DNA from: the human T2T-CHM13v2.0 reference genome, Homo sapiens
Length of the DNA stretch: 64,000 nt
Direction: 5' to 3' (one strand)
Assembly: GCF_009914755.1 (NCBI RefSeq)
Contig: NC_060932.1
Shown: positions 34,850 to 50,143 of the stretch, one piece after another
Numbering within the stretch: position 1 is the stretch's first letter
Layout of the letters: each line of letters begins with the position of its first letter
The notes under the pieces: generated by a model
Seen by the model: the letters and a program-made list of their open reading frames with translations, nothing else
Databases searched by the model: none
What the model was told of the DNA's origin: nothing
Translations under genes and position numbers: made by a program

Positions 34850-36080
34850 TGATATGCAGAAAATGGAATCTGGTCCCCTTCCTTATACTATATACAAAAA
34901 TTAACTCAAGATGGATTAAAAACTTAAAAACTACAAAAAAACAAACAAACAAACAGAAGAAAATCTAGGCAATACCATTCAGGACATAGACACAGGCAAA
35001 GATTTCATGACGAAAATGTCAAAAGCAATTACATCAAAAGCAAAAAAATTGACAAATGGGATCTAATTAAATCAAAGAGCTTCTGCACAGCGAAAGAAAC
35101 TATCATCAGAGTGAACAGACAACCTACAGAGTGGGAGAACATTTTTGCAATCTTTCCATCTGACAAAGATCTAATATCCAGGATCTACAAGGAACTTAAA
35201 CAAATTTACAAGAAAAAACAACCCCATTAAAAAGTGGGCAAAGGACATGAACAGTCACTTCTCAAAAGAAGACATACATGTGGCCAAAAAAAATATGAAA
35301 AAAAGCTCAACATCACGGATCATTTGATAAATGCAGATCAAACCCACAATGAGATACCATCTCATGACAGTCAGAATGGAGATCATTAAAAATCCCAAGA
35401 AACAATAGATGCTGGCAAGGTTGCAGAGAAAAAGGGATGTTTTTACACTGTTGGTGGGGATGTAAATTAGTTCAACCATTGTGGACAACAGTGTGGCGAT
35501 TCCTCAAAGACTTAGAGGCAGAAATACCATTTGACCCAGCCATCCCATTACTGGGTATCTACTCAAAGGAATATAAGTTATTCTTTTATAAAGATACATG
35601 CATACATATGTTCATTGTGGCACTATTCACAATAGCAAAGACATGGAATCAACCTAGATGCCCATCAGTGATAGTCTGGATAAAGAAAATGTGGTATATA
35701 TACACCAATGGAATACTATGCAGCCATAAAAAGAAACGAGATCATGTCCTTTGCAGGCACATGGATGGAGTTGGAAGCCATTATCCTCAGCAAAGTAACA
35801 CAGGAACAGAAAACCAAACACTGCATGTGCTCATTTATAAGTGGGTGCTGAATGAAGAGAACACATGGACACATGGCAGGGAACAACACACACTGGGGCC
35901 TGTTGATGGGGGGTCGGGGGGAGGGAAAGCATCAGACAGAATAGCTAATGGATGTTGGGCTTAATACCTGGGTGATGGGATCATCTGTGCAGCAAACCAC
36001 CATGGCACACGTTTACCTATGTAACAAACCTGCACATCCTGCACATGTACCCCTGAACTTAAAAGTTGAAGAAAAAAAAA
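34850..36080 (+). mobile_element. 5'-truncated older primate L1 (about L1PA10-13)
   Basis: ORF2 C-terminus ([25 protein letters not shown]) plus 3'UTR gaatagctaatggatgttgggcttaatacctgggtgatgg and an A tail. Confidence 0.9.
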
Positions 36081-36132
36081 CACCTAGGCAAAAATTACAG
36101 TCCCAGACAAGGTTCTATAATAAAGAAATACT

Positions 36133-36480
<348 letters not shown>

Positions 36481-36920
36481 GAAATACCTTGGGAATCAGA
36501 TAGAGATATAGAATCCTAATAAATGTTAGAATCTTATGTTCTAGAATGACCTATGTTAGATCATTTTTATGCAGAATACACAAGTATTAAAGACACACTT
36601 TCAACTGTGTTTTTATTATAAATACCTTGAAGATAATTGTTAAAACAGACATCTGAGACAAAAATTAACTTTTATATTTATAGAACAAGATTGAAAAGTT
36701 ACTTGTTCATTTTTTGAACCATAAGTTTGCACCTGTTAAGATGAATATAGATATAATTAAAATCCTTATTATAACAAAGTTATTAGAGTATGCCAATAAT
36801 GGATTAACTAATAATAACATTGATATTTATTTCACTCTGATACAAACTATATATTTAATTTCATGTTAAGCAACATTTGATGCAACAAAATACCTACATA
36901 ATATAATAATACAGACTTAC

Positions 36921-36996
36921 CCATGGAGTTTGTTTTCATAGGAGCTGATCTATGTTCAATGACTGCAAACCACTTGAACAAGTTTTACTTGTGTTT
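36921..36996 (-). pseudogene. Fossil exon (76 bp)
   Basis: cctgtctcttag|A...ATGG|gtaagt; the phase-2 start continues the previous exon: NTSKTCSSGLQSLNIDQLL*KQTPW. Confidence 0.55.
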
Positions 36997-38004
36997 CTAA
37001 GAGACAGGTTTTAAATAACATTTATTTTTTATTTTTTTCCTGGCATTAACTGGGGACAATCTTGCCACAATTTTCCTTTACAAAACTACAAGGAAGGAAC
37101 ACTCAATATGATGTTCATGTAAAATATAATTACCTACTTTTCTTCCTTTACAACATGTACTCCAGAGACAGGATGACAAGCCAGAGGCACATAACGCACT
37201 GTCTGTCATTAATAACAAGTACATGCTTTTGAAATGATTTCACAGTAATGCTTATTCAAAATATCATTTATTTGCTTTTTTGACTATTTTATGAACATTA
37301 TAGCCCCTCAACAAGTATTGCCTGTTTCAAAGCAATGATATAAATAGGAATTTATTGAATTAAAAAGTTCACCAGGTACAATTATAAATATTATAAATTT
37401 TGACATGTACAAAGTGTCATCTCTGCGCATGACTCTCAAGGTGGTCATGCTGGCAGGCTCATGGTGCCTAAGTCAGGATTGCGGAGAGCTGGGAGAAGCA
37501 GTTCTCCACCTTGCCCTAAAGAAGTGTCACTCATCCTTCGAGGCTCTTCTCAAAGACCACGTGTTAAATGAAGTCTTTCTAGTGTCTCCTGAGAAGACAT
37601 GATCTTTTCCTTCTTTAAATCCATAGAGCATCTATTTTTTCTCTATAATAATGCTAATAATAGTAAAAATCACACTGCCTTGTGATTGAGAACTTCCACT
37701 ATGCTTCAACCATGCTAAAGTCTACAGCCGGTGTCTTTCTTCTTTGCAGCACTCCTGCAAAGAAGGTATCATTCTTTCCTTTTTATAGATGAAAAAATTG
37801 GGCAAGGATTGGAATTCAGGCTATAACTGCAAAAATGGTAGTCTTAACAATGCTGTTTTCACACTTGATTTGCAGTTAAGTTATGTGTGACTTTTGTCTC
37901 CCTGCTCTGTGGGCTAGTTCTTCCAGCAGGTACTACTGTGACCCTTTCTATCCCATGGGAGTGTTTTGCATAGTAAGTAGTCAACAAAAATAAATACTGT
38001 ATTT

Positions 38005-38297
38005 CTTTCTTTCTTTTTTTTTTTTTTTTAGACAGGGTTTTGCTGTGTTGCTCAGGCTGGAGTGCAGTGGGGGCAATCATAGCTCATTGTAACCTCAAAC
38101 TCCTGGGCTCAAGTGATCCTCCTTACCTCAGTCTCCCAACTAGCTAGGACTACAGGTGCATGCCACCATGCTCAGATAATTTTTTAAAATTTTTGTAAAG
38201 ATGCGGTCTCTCTCTGTTGTCTGGGCTGATCTCCAACTCCTGGACTTGGCCACCCACAGTGCTGGGACTACAGGCCTGGCTCTTGTGTCTGCCCAGT
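38005..38297 (-). mobile_element. AluJ-like
   Basis: Poly-T plus a diverged Alu body. Confidence 0.88.
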
Positions 38298-39246
38298 ACT
38301 GTATTCCATATATTCCAAACAGCAGCCCCTTTTTCTACATTTAAGCGTCTCTTAAATTGGAACATATGTTCAATTGATGCCTCGATTTATATAGTAGTCT
38401 TTTCTTGTTTTCTTTTCCTAAAAAGCTGTTATTAGTTCTTAGTTGTCTCCTAACCAATTTAATCTTAGAATCAAGGAGTAGTTATGCAAATAAACTGGGT
38501 AGAACTCAACCTAATGAGAGACTGCTCAGAGAAAAGATCAAGGTAGATTTCTTTAGGTTTCTTAATGCTATAAGAGTATTAAGCACAGGGGGAATTCAGA
38601 GGATAATCCATCTGAAAATGAAAGGGAAGGTGATCAGAGGTGGCTTAGTAAAAATGAAGAGTCAGTGGTTTCAAGGGAACATACAGATAACGGCAAGATC
38701 TCATGAGGAGAGGACACTTCCAAACGCTTGCTTTCCTGTGATTCTAACACCAAGGTAAGCCAGAAACACAGCTGGAGGGTAACTGGAGGGATTCTGAGTC
38801 CATCTGACCCTGAACTACACATAATCCATTCCCCGATATCCTGGCAATAGCATTATAATGAGAAAGATCACATTAAAATGCTGCAAACAGTCTTTGAGGC
38901 AAGGACATGGGTAGTCTGTCTTCTAGCTGTAGCTGTAGCTGTAGCTTGAAGAAGTCCTGGGAGAGTTTGGTAGTGATGCCATGAAGGGAAATGATTAAGT
39001 ATAAAATGATTAACAAGCCTGTGTTCTTTTGTCTCCTCCTTGTCTTGCTTTAGACATCGGCCTTATGGCTTGAAAGGAAATGTAGTAGATCATTTTTTTT
39101 TTCCATTAGCTTAGCTTGGAAGAGAAGAGAGAACTTTAAGTAGCTGTGTTGGGGAGAGCGGCTTGGGGTTCAGGGAGGTTTCATGTTTTTATAAATAGAA
39201 AAGACTTGAGAATGTTTTTATGCTGAGAAGGGAGAGCGAGAAATGA

Positions 39247-39277
<31 letters not shown>

Positions 39278-39644
39278 TGTGGTAGAAATTAGCTAAAGGG
39301 AATAATTGAAGGAGCAAGTTCTCAAAAGTAGCAGTATTAAATGGGGGCTCAGGTCACATAGAGAGGTATTATCCTTGGTCTGAGAGAGAATGCCTTTCCA
39401 CTGAGCTGCAGGAAGGTGTTAAGAGTGGGCACAGATGTGGATGTATTTAGAGTAGGGTAGGGTTGAAATTGAAAAAGGGAATAGTTAATGGTTTCTGAGT
39501 TTTTTGCGGAGGAGATGAGGCTCACCACTAAGAATGAGAGGGACACAAATGAAAGGCTTCCAGAGATTGGTGAGAGTTTGCAATGAGTGTGCAGTGGACA
39601 GTGAGAGAACTGCCCTGTGCTGAGGGCATAATTGAGATTGGAGA

Positions 39645-40395
39645 CTGTCTTGGTCCATTTATGCTACTATAGCAAAGGACCACAGGCTGGGTCATTTATA
39701 TATAACAGGATTTTGTTTCTCACAGTGCTGGAAGCTGGGAAGTCTAAGACTAAGGCACTGGCCTTGGTGAAGGCTGCTCTGCTTCCAAGGTGGTGCCTTA
39801 TGGCCACATCCTCTGGAAGGGTCAAACGCTGTGTCCTCACATGACAGAAAAGCAAAAGAGCAAAAGGGGCTAGTTTCTTCCAGCCCTTTTATAAGGCACT
39901 AATCCATTCATGAGTGATATGGTTTGGCTGTGTCCCCACTCAAATTTCATCTTGAATTGTAATCCCCATAATCCTCACATGTTGTGGGAGGGATCCGGTG
40001 GGAAGTGATTGGATTATGGAGGTGGTTTCCCTTATGCTGTTGTTGTGATAATGAGTGTGTCTCATGAGATCTGATGGTTTTATAAGCGTCCGGCATTTCC
40101 CCTGCTCCCACTCGCTCCGTTCTGCCACACTGGGAAGAAGGTGCCTGCTCCTCCTTTGCCTTCTGCCATGATTGTAAGTTTCCTGAGGCCTCCCCAGCAA
40201 TGCAGAACCATGAATCAATTAAACCTCTTTCTTTATAAATTACCCAGTCTTGGGTCTTTCTTCATAGCAGCGTGAAGACAAACTAATACAATGAGTGATT
40301 TAGTCACTCTGCAAAAGGCCCCACCTCTCAGTACTACCACAATGAAGATTAAGTTTCAACATATGAATTTTGTAGAACTCTCAGGCCACAGCAGA
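39645..40395 (-). mobile_element. Older MaLR LTR (MLT1A/MST-like) interrupted by a THE1 solo LTR
   Basis: tgtcttggtccattt...ggaagctgggaagtctaagact...cactaatccattcatgag, resuming aaaggccccacctctcagtact...tttcaacatatgaatttt. Confidence 0.75.
39915..40290 (+). mobile_element. THE1D-like solo LTR
   Basis: tgatatggtttggctgtgtcccc...actaataca; perfect 5-bp TSD atgag (39910-39914, 40291-40295). Confidence 0.93.
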
Positions 40396-40835
40396 GACCA
40401 CTTGTACTTGGCGTGGTCTGTATGGCATTATGTGTTTCTGCAATTGTGACTATTTGGGGGTAAAGAAAAAGGAGAAGAGACAGATTTCTATCATGGGTGG
40501 AGAAAGTAGAAAAGTTTTCTGAGACAGAGACTCACTGGGAAAGTTAGACCAATATTAGCAGCAGTCTTTTGGAATGTAGGTCTTCACAGTGTGTCTCATG
40601 TTTGGTTTAAAGCACTTCCAAAATATCAGACAGTTATGTCTGAATGGAATCACACAAATGTATCACGAAGTCAAATATAATTTTTTTTTTTTTTAGTTTC
40701 TAAAATGTGTGGGTTCTTGTTCCTATATATAACTTTCTGTTCTTCAGAGAAGAGCCACATAGAAAGGGCAGGCATTGGTCTTATAGGGATCACCTTATAG
40801 GATCTAAACCAATACATGCCTTACACTTTACTTAC

Positions 40836-40961
40836 AATACAGCATAAAATGCCTCTGCTAATGACTTGAGCATTGTGTTTCTTGGATCTGTGATCACTTA
40901 TTATTTTAACCTTTCAAAGCCAATAGTTTTAGAGCATTCAACTCAAACGACTTTTATTGGC
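40836..40961 (-). pseudogene. Fossil exon (126 bp)
   Basis: catttccag|G...TATT|gtaagt; PIKVV*VECSKTIGFERLK**VITDPRNTMLKSLAEAF versus recalled SPVFLTDITKMSFEELCYKNPKMAIQKISDDY; phase 2 to 2. Confidence 0.65.
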
Positions 40962-41340
40962 CTGGAAATGTTTTATTGCAGTTTGGCTGACATTTTCTTT
41001 TAATAATGTCATTAGCACTCCTTAAAAATGAATTCTGTTGGGGTATATAGTACTACCTTTGTTTTGAGAAAATGTTATGATTTTGTTTGTACATGAGGTG
41101 GGTCCCATAGCTACAAACATTAGCAATATGTTTCTGATTCAACAGAAAGATCTTTCTGATTCTACAGGCACGCTTCCATTTCTATTAAGCATAAATAGTT
41201 TGGTTGGTAAAAAGACCCGAATTTAGATGTACTTTTTCAGAATTAAGTTGAATTCTCAACATCTTTTAAGAGGGAGTCCAGCTTCTGAGTCACTAGGCTT
41301 AATTAAAATCTCTAGCACTTAGTCAGTTTATATGCCTTAC

Positions 41341-41425
41341 CTATTTTGTAGGTTTAGCTCTCGTAACTGTTGTTATGCTGACACTGGTTTCCAGTGGGTC
41401 ACTGAAATCAAATTAATGCAGGCCT
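41341..41425 (-). pseudogene. Fossil exon (85 bp)
   Basis: gacttttcag|AG...ATAG|gtaagg; WKPVSA*QQLRELNLQ versus recalled RGSL1 WRKIATEDLKQGGSLQ, ungapped; phase 1 to 2. Confidence 0.65.
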
Positions 41426-41512
41426 CTGAAAAGTCAGACATCAATTGTGTTCATTCATTAAGATTCCCATATTTTAAAAGGTACAAAATAAGGAAAAGTG
41501 ATTCTGTTTAAC

Positions 41513-41589
41513 CTTGAAGTATCCTGAATGGATGGACATAGACTACGAGCATTTTAGTGGAAAAATAAAAATTATTTGTAAGAAAAATC
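41513..41589 (-). pseudogene. Fossil exon (77 bp)
   Basis: Very strong acceptor ttttgcttttggtttttgttctttag|; stop-free IFLTNNFYFSTKMLVVYVHPFRILQ; phase 2 to 1; an 87-nt intron follows. Confidence 0.6.
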
Positions 41590-41926
41590 CTAAAGAACAA
41601 AAACCAAAAGCAAAATAAGAACAAAATTCCTTTCTATACCAATTCTTTTCTGAATACGTAAAGACTCAAGGTCCAAACTCCATTTCCTAGGCCTTTGGAA
41701 ATGCTTTTAGAGCGTACTCAATACTGTACATTCTGTACTACTATCGAGAGCACTCAATTTCTTGTGCATTCAATTTCTTGGTCCAAGTGCGGTAGTTCTC
41801 AAAGTCTGGTGTCCACCATCAGGCCTAGGAACCTGCTAAAAGTGTCAAGTCTTGAGCCTCACTCTAGACATCCCAAACTAGAAACTTGATGGGTGGGGCC
41901 TGCAATTTGTGTTTTAACAAGTCCTC

Positions 41927-42273
<347 letters not shown>

Positions 42274-44277
42274 CTAAAGTTTGGGAACTTCTGGCCTAGA
42301 GCATTGTTCTCAAGTATTTGTGTACACCTACACCACAAGCTCCTGGAGAAGCTTGACTTAACATGAGTCTCTCACTCAGGCCGTGAGATTTGGAGGCAGT
42401 AAATGCAGGAAGCTGTGTGGGAATCTGTATATATATATATATAAAGTAGGTGATTCTGGTGCAGGTGGTCTGTAGAACACAATTTGAGAAATTCTGCCTT
42501 GAAGTGGAATTTAAGTGTTGACAAAATTAGCATTTCCCCCCACAAAATCCTCCTCCATAACTAAGCAAAAACCTTTGAACTCTGACTTACAAATATCTAT
42601 AGCTTTCACTTAGCCTGCAGAGTGCCTGCTTCTGAAGAGCTATGCAGGCTTCCCTCATCACTGCCATAGGGGACTGAAGCTTCTGTGTGCTCCAGGTGTG
42701 AGGCTTTGCCTGCCTCTGCTACAGGTGTGCACCTGTTTCAACACAGGGATGTATGCTCAAAGGATGCGGCATAACCCACACCTCCACAGAATGTACAGTA
42801 TTGAGTATGCTCAGCCAAGACAAAACACAAGGAGAGATGTCATTTTTATTTGCCCTGAGATGATAGCTGGAGGAAGACTGCTTTGAGCAAAGAGGTTTGA
42901 TCCCTGCATATCCTGCCAGAGGAATACCCTGTTCTAAGCAAGGTGACCTTTCAAGCAAGTTTTGAGAATTACTGATTTAGTATGCAAGGTATGCATAAAT
43001 ATATCTAACTGTGATTTGGGGTCAGACACACACTGCATATCTTTTTTCCATTGAACCTTTTATAGATCAGAGGTGAAAAAAGAGATTTTTTAATGCAGAA
43101 AGGTGAAGTTTGTGATGGCAAAAAAAGGGATTACTTGTGATTTTATTAAATCAGTCATATGTTTTCTTCAAGGTATTGGGACCAAATTCATGCATTAATA
43201 ACATTACTTTGTTTTCATTGTATTTGTTTTTATTGTCATCTGACATTTAAGGCAATTAATACTGTATTTCTACTTATGTTAATAATAAAAAATACCTTTA
43301 AATAATTTTATTCCAGTAAAATGTATGAATTAATTTAAAGGAAAATGTTAAGTAAATATTAGTGCAGATGGCAATATTCTGAAGATGCCACATGAATAAT
43401 CAAAGTGTGGGAAACCCTGACATTATTTTCATGAGTTCAGCATAATCCATTTTACCACTTTTCCAATGCTGAGCTTTATATTTGTTTTCTGTTATAAACA
43501 GTGCTTCAAAAAACCTCTTGTAGCTAAATATTTTTCATATCCATAATGGTTCTCTTAGGAGAATTCACAGATGTGGAATTGTTGGAAGAAAGGGCAATAA
43601 TTATATTATTTTAAAGTTTAAAATTAGTGTCCATTAACCATTTCCCTAAGATTTTATGAAGACATTTAGGAAGTTAGTAAAGCAGTATTTATGACCTACG
43701 GGAATACTTTCTTCCTTGTTACTCAAAGGGTTGCTTAAGGCAGTGGCCTTCAAGTGTGTTCTGGGACCAAATGACAATTTCTCCCCAACCAGCAAAGCCC
43801 TGTGGTGGGGAAAAGGCTTGGTGGAAGATCTGGTTTGTAGTTAATGTTAAGTAACCTTTCCACTTAATTAGCTTTGTGATCTCGTGCAAGACACAACTTC
43901 TCTAAGCTATAATTTTCTCATCCAGAAAATTATACTGAAAATAATACTTTGTTTATCTCACCAAGTTGTGAAGATTAAATAGAGTGATATGTGTGAAAAT
44001 AGCTTGTAAATGAAGCATGATGTAAAATGTTATTGGTATTATGAAAGCCCAATATATGTTCTCCTCTTGAGAGATTCTTAAAGCACAATTCTCTGACTTC
44101 ACAGATACGTCGTCTGATGCAATACAGATACTTTTTAGTATCATATGGGGTTAGCGTCTAGAAAAAGTGAAGGGTATGAAATAATGAAGAATGAAATTCC
44201 AGTGAGACTCTATTTCTTTACAGATTGCTCCTCCCTGTCCCTTACTCAACACTAGAACCTGGTATAGCGCTGTAATC

Positions 44278-44284
<7 letters not shown>

Positions 44285-44342
<58 letters not shown>

Positions 44343-44622
44343 AGACAAGGTTTCATTCTGCCGTCCAGGCTGGAGTGCAGTGGTGCAATCTCAACTCATT
44401 GCAGCTTCGATATCTTGGGTTTAAGCGATCATCCCCTGTCAGCCTCCTGAGTAGTTAGAACTACAGGCACGCACAACTACGCCCAGCTAATTTTTGTATT
44501 TTTTGTAGAGATAGGGTCTCACTATATAGCTCGGGCTGGTCTCAAACTCCTGGGCTCAAGTGATCCTCCCACCTCAGCCTCCCAAAGTGCTGGGATTACA
44601 GGCATGAGCCATCTCGCCCTGC
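44285..44622 (-). mobile_element. AluJ-like whose tail region carries a (TG)n microsatellite (44285-44338)
   Basis: Perfect TG run of about 27 units directly followed by the Alu body. Confidence 0.92.
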
Positions 44623-47226
44623 CAACACTAACTCTGGACTTTCATTTGAGCTTTGCTGCTTATCATCAAATCTCAATGAAAACATTAGTTGCTCAGAAGT
44701 CACCTTACTTGTTAATCTAGAAATGGTCTGGTGGCTCAGGATTTCTGAGTCTGGGCTGGGACCAGAGCCAGCTACTCCTGGCACCTGTGTTGCTGGGGAA
44801 ACATGATCTTCACTGAGACTCTGTTCTCTTCCCATAATGTACATTATCCAAATGGTCTCTTGTTGTGGGTGGATTCGGGTAAAAATTGTCTTCACCACGT
44901 GGGGCCTCAGTTTCCTCATCTGCAAAAAAAAAGGAGTTAGATGAGAATCTGGTCACTAGCCGGTCTTCTAGGTCTCTCCCCACAGTTAAGATCCCATAAT
45001 TCTGCAGGTCAGTTTATGACCTGCAAAGGGATTCTTCCCTGAGGGCCCTCACAAGGTTTTGAATGGCAGAGCAAATGGAAATGGGGGAATGTCCTTCCCA
45101 ACCTCCCACCATGGGCAGGAGAGGAAGTGTTGTCCAAGAGGGCCTCAGCTGGACCATCTGGAGGAGTGAGGATTCCACTCTGTGACATCACAATATCCAG
45201 CCCAGGTTTGACCTTGACAACTGGGAAGGAGAAATAACAGGAGGCGCAGTTACTGATATAGCCAAGGTGGGACACTACTGGAGGGAGCTAGAAGGGATCA
45301 GCCAGCCATGCCTCCAGTTCAGGTACTTGGCATTGCTAAGCTCAGAACAGGACTTGCCAGTGTCTAGATGAAAAAGAGGAGAGATCTCAAGGTGAGTGTG
45401 TCTCCAAGCTTAAGAAGAATAGTATAAGCACAGACGGCTTGTGCCCCAGCTGCGTTAGGGTAATGTAAGGTTCCACACGAGCAGAAGCAGAGCTGGGCGC
45501 ATCTTGCCAACAGCCAGGCTGCTTGCCATGAAGCCGGACGGTGAGGACATTTCCGAGGCTGTAGTCCACTTGTGCTGCTGGTGATATATTTCTATTTAGA
45601 GGTTTTTTTCTTTCAATAGCTCCTCCCCGGATGACAGGGTAGAGTAAACAAAAATAAGTTAACTAAGGAAGTATTTTAATAGAAGCCAGTACAAAAACAA
45701 ACAAAAGTAATAAAAGGTGCAAAGTTGTATTATGGGTTAGCAAGCAAGACTGACTCTAAGGTCAAGTTTTGAAAGTTCAAATCTTGAAAGGCAAAAGGAT
45801 ACCCCTATAAAGAGTAAAAGAGAAGGGCCTTTTGGTTGAGAAGTAAGTAAAACAGCTCTGCTGGAACATATACCGGACCCCCCACCCCGCCCCCAGCAAC
45901 TCCTGCCAGTGAAATCATTGCTGGGGATGCGGACAGTTCTGTTTTCTTTACCTTGCCTTGGGGTTTTGGCTTCTACAATACTTGTTTCTTCCTGGAGTCT
46001 TGGGGCCCTGAGAGGCTCTGAGTGACGGCAAAGAACTGTTCTGTTTACCAGTGGGGCGGAGCATGGGGCCAGCGCCAGGCCCTGACTCATCCCCATGTGG
46101 ACTCCCTTGGGTCTTAGCACACTGCGACCCCGGAGTTGGAGCACAGGACAGCTCAGGCAGGCACGCTGAGCTCTGCCTGCAAGGTCAGAGTTGATGGCGA
46201 TGCTCCCTCAGTGGGAGTAAGAGTCCATGTTCTGACAGGTAGGTCAGTTACCCACAGGGGACCCCAACAGCCATCGACAAGAAGAGGAGGAGATGGATTC
46301 TCTATCCACAGGACACAACTCTAACTCTCCTTGGCCTCCAACACATCACGAATAAATATATCACAGCAGTAAGGTCAATACTCTCACACTCTATGAAAGT
46401 AGTAATAGTCCCCAAAGCATGTAAAACTGAGAGATCCAGATAAAAGCAAAATATACTTGCACATAAACTTCATAGCACACATTCAACTTCTGTACAGAAG
46501 TCACTGTGATTTTCACAATTAGGTTATGATCTAATCATAACCACTTAAGACTTGAACATTAAAATCTCATTGGCCCAGTTTTTAGGCTTCCTTCATTGAT
46601 AGCCATTGAAAACTAAGTTTAAGCTGAACCTCAGATAATACCCACAAAACACAGAATGTCCTAACTCATCTCCATTTGCATTTGTTGACTGTAACGTTCC
46701 CTGACCCTTGTGTTAGTCACATGCTGCTGCAGCCTGTCGCATACTGCAGAATTTTAGAGTCGGAGGGGAACTAGAAGATCATCCATTCCACAGCTTCGTT
46801 TCCAGGAGAAACCACACAGAGAAGTGTCTCAGCTAAGGGTATCAAGCTAGTTAGTGCTGGGGACTAAAGTTTAAGCCCCCTCACTCTTAGCCTGGTGGCC
46901 TCTCCAATACACTCTGCCCCACAATGAATGAATGTATTGGTTCATATTTGAACTAACTCTTTGATTTTCTAAGTTAGAATATTCTAAAAGGAGGAAATCT
47001 CATTTATCACCTTGGTGTGGTTATTGGTAAAAGCAGATATTCTCCTAGCCTCTGCACCTCCATACAAGATAAGCTTTGGTCAATGACAAGAAAAAGCACT
47101 GAAGACCCCATTCAAAACACTGAGATAACAGTGAAAATAAAACCAGGGAAATTGACTAGCTACTGTAAATTGAGGGCTGATTAGAAGTAATCCTTTTTTT
47201 CTTAAAAAAACATGTATACAATTTAC

Positions 47227-47278
47227 CAGATTTTTACTTTATAATAAATATACGGTCTTCCTGTGGCCTTGTCTTTTC
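47227..47278 (-). pseudogene. Small candidate fossil exon (52 bp)
   Basis: ctacctaaacag|GAAAAG...TCTG|gtaaat. Phase 1 to 2 links the flanking exons. A shifted frame gives PQEDRIFII versus recalled DEEDYWFLL. Confidence 0.45.
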
Positions 47279-47415
47279 CTGTTTAGGTAGATAATACTTT
47301 GTTTATGAATGTGTGTGTGTATACCCTTGAATGTACAGATGAGTAAACACTTTATCTGGCAGGTGTGGGGCTGGCTATTACATCCATCCGTGGTATCCGA
47401 CCTACACTTACTTAC

Positions 47416-47665
47416 CTAATATATCTTCTATATGAGCCTTCTGTGACTTATCCCATGAATTAATATTCTATTTGGAATTAACATGATAGTGTAGGAGGAG
47501 CCTCCTTAGACTTGTCCAGGGTTTGACATACATGAAGCTATATATGTCTTGCATCCGTAATTAATCTGCAAGTTTGAGCCCAGGCAGTCCCTGGGTGCAG
47601 GTAGTCAGCGTTTTTCCAATTAAATTTATTGCAAATGTACTAATATCAGCCCAAAGATCCAAATT
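47416..47665 (-). pseudogene. Fossil exon (250 bp) encoding the core of an RGS-like domain
   Basis: Strong acceptor ttcatttcattttctttcag| and donor TTAG|gtaagt; 83 codons with 2 stops: NLDLWADISTFAINLIG...KLAD*L...SWDKSQKAHIEDIL versus recalled RGSL1 LLDLWQDLQHFLSVLL...LLGDRI...PWIPKAQKEICKML. The LDLW.D motif resembles the RGS helix-4 N-x-x-F-W signature. Confidence 0.75.
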
Positions 47666-47719
47666 CTGAAAGAAAATGAAATGAAATGAAGAATTTTTAA
47701 ATATAAATAGAGACCTAAC

Positions 47720-47860
47720 TTTTATAGTCATCAGCGCCATCATTAACCTTAGAGATGTCTGGTAAGTATTTTCTAGGCCATTAGATTGTTTTTTAGCCAA
47801 CTAAAATGTGTACTTCCTGTAAGGATTTTCCATATGTTTCTGGTATTACATGCAGGTTGC
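47720..47860 (-). pseudogene. Fossil exon, start of an RGS-like domain
   Basis: cttttattaaag|GCAACC...AAAA|gttagg. TRNIWKIL and LKNNLMA*KILTRHL* versus recalled RGSL1 KRKMWQLV and LCADACAGNPFRDHLK. Confidence 0.6.
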
Positions 47861-48090
47861 CTTTAATAAAAGATAATTATGAAGCAATTACCAACAAGAA
47901 GGAGCATAAGAAAGAGCATTCCATCATGGCATAGGCTTTACACAGTTGTTGTAATAACTTTCAGCTTCCTTATTAATTTTAAAAGTTGTGTAATATACTG
48001 AGTAATTTTACACACACTACAGTGTATAACTGCAGAAGAAAGCTAATTGTGAAAAACAGAGGGATAAAAGAAGTTTTAGTTTCAGGATTC

Positions 48091-50143
<2,053 letters not shown>

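Noticed and set aside
41341-41425. LRR-like QQLRELNLQN motif suggesting an NLR/LRR gene
   Set aside because: Single occurrence with no repeating LRR exons; the neighbouring exons fit RGSL1 instead.
47000-47110. Additional minus-strand exon-like segment with a good acceptor
   Set aside because: Weak donor (gtgata), ambiguous frame, and not needed for the in-phase chain.
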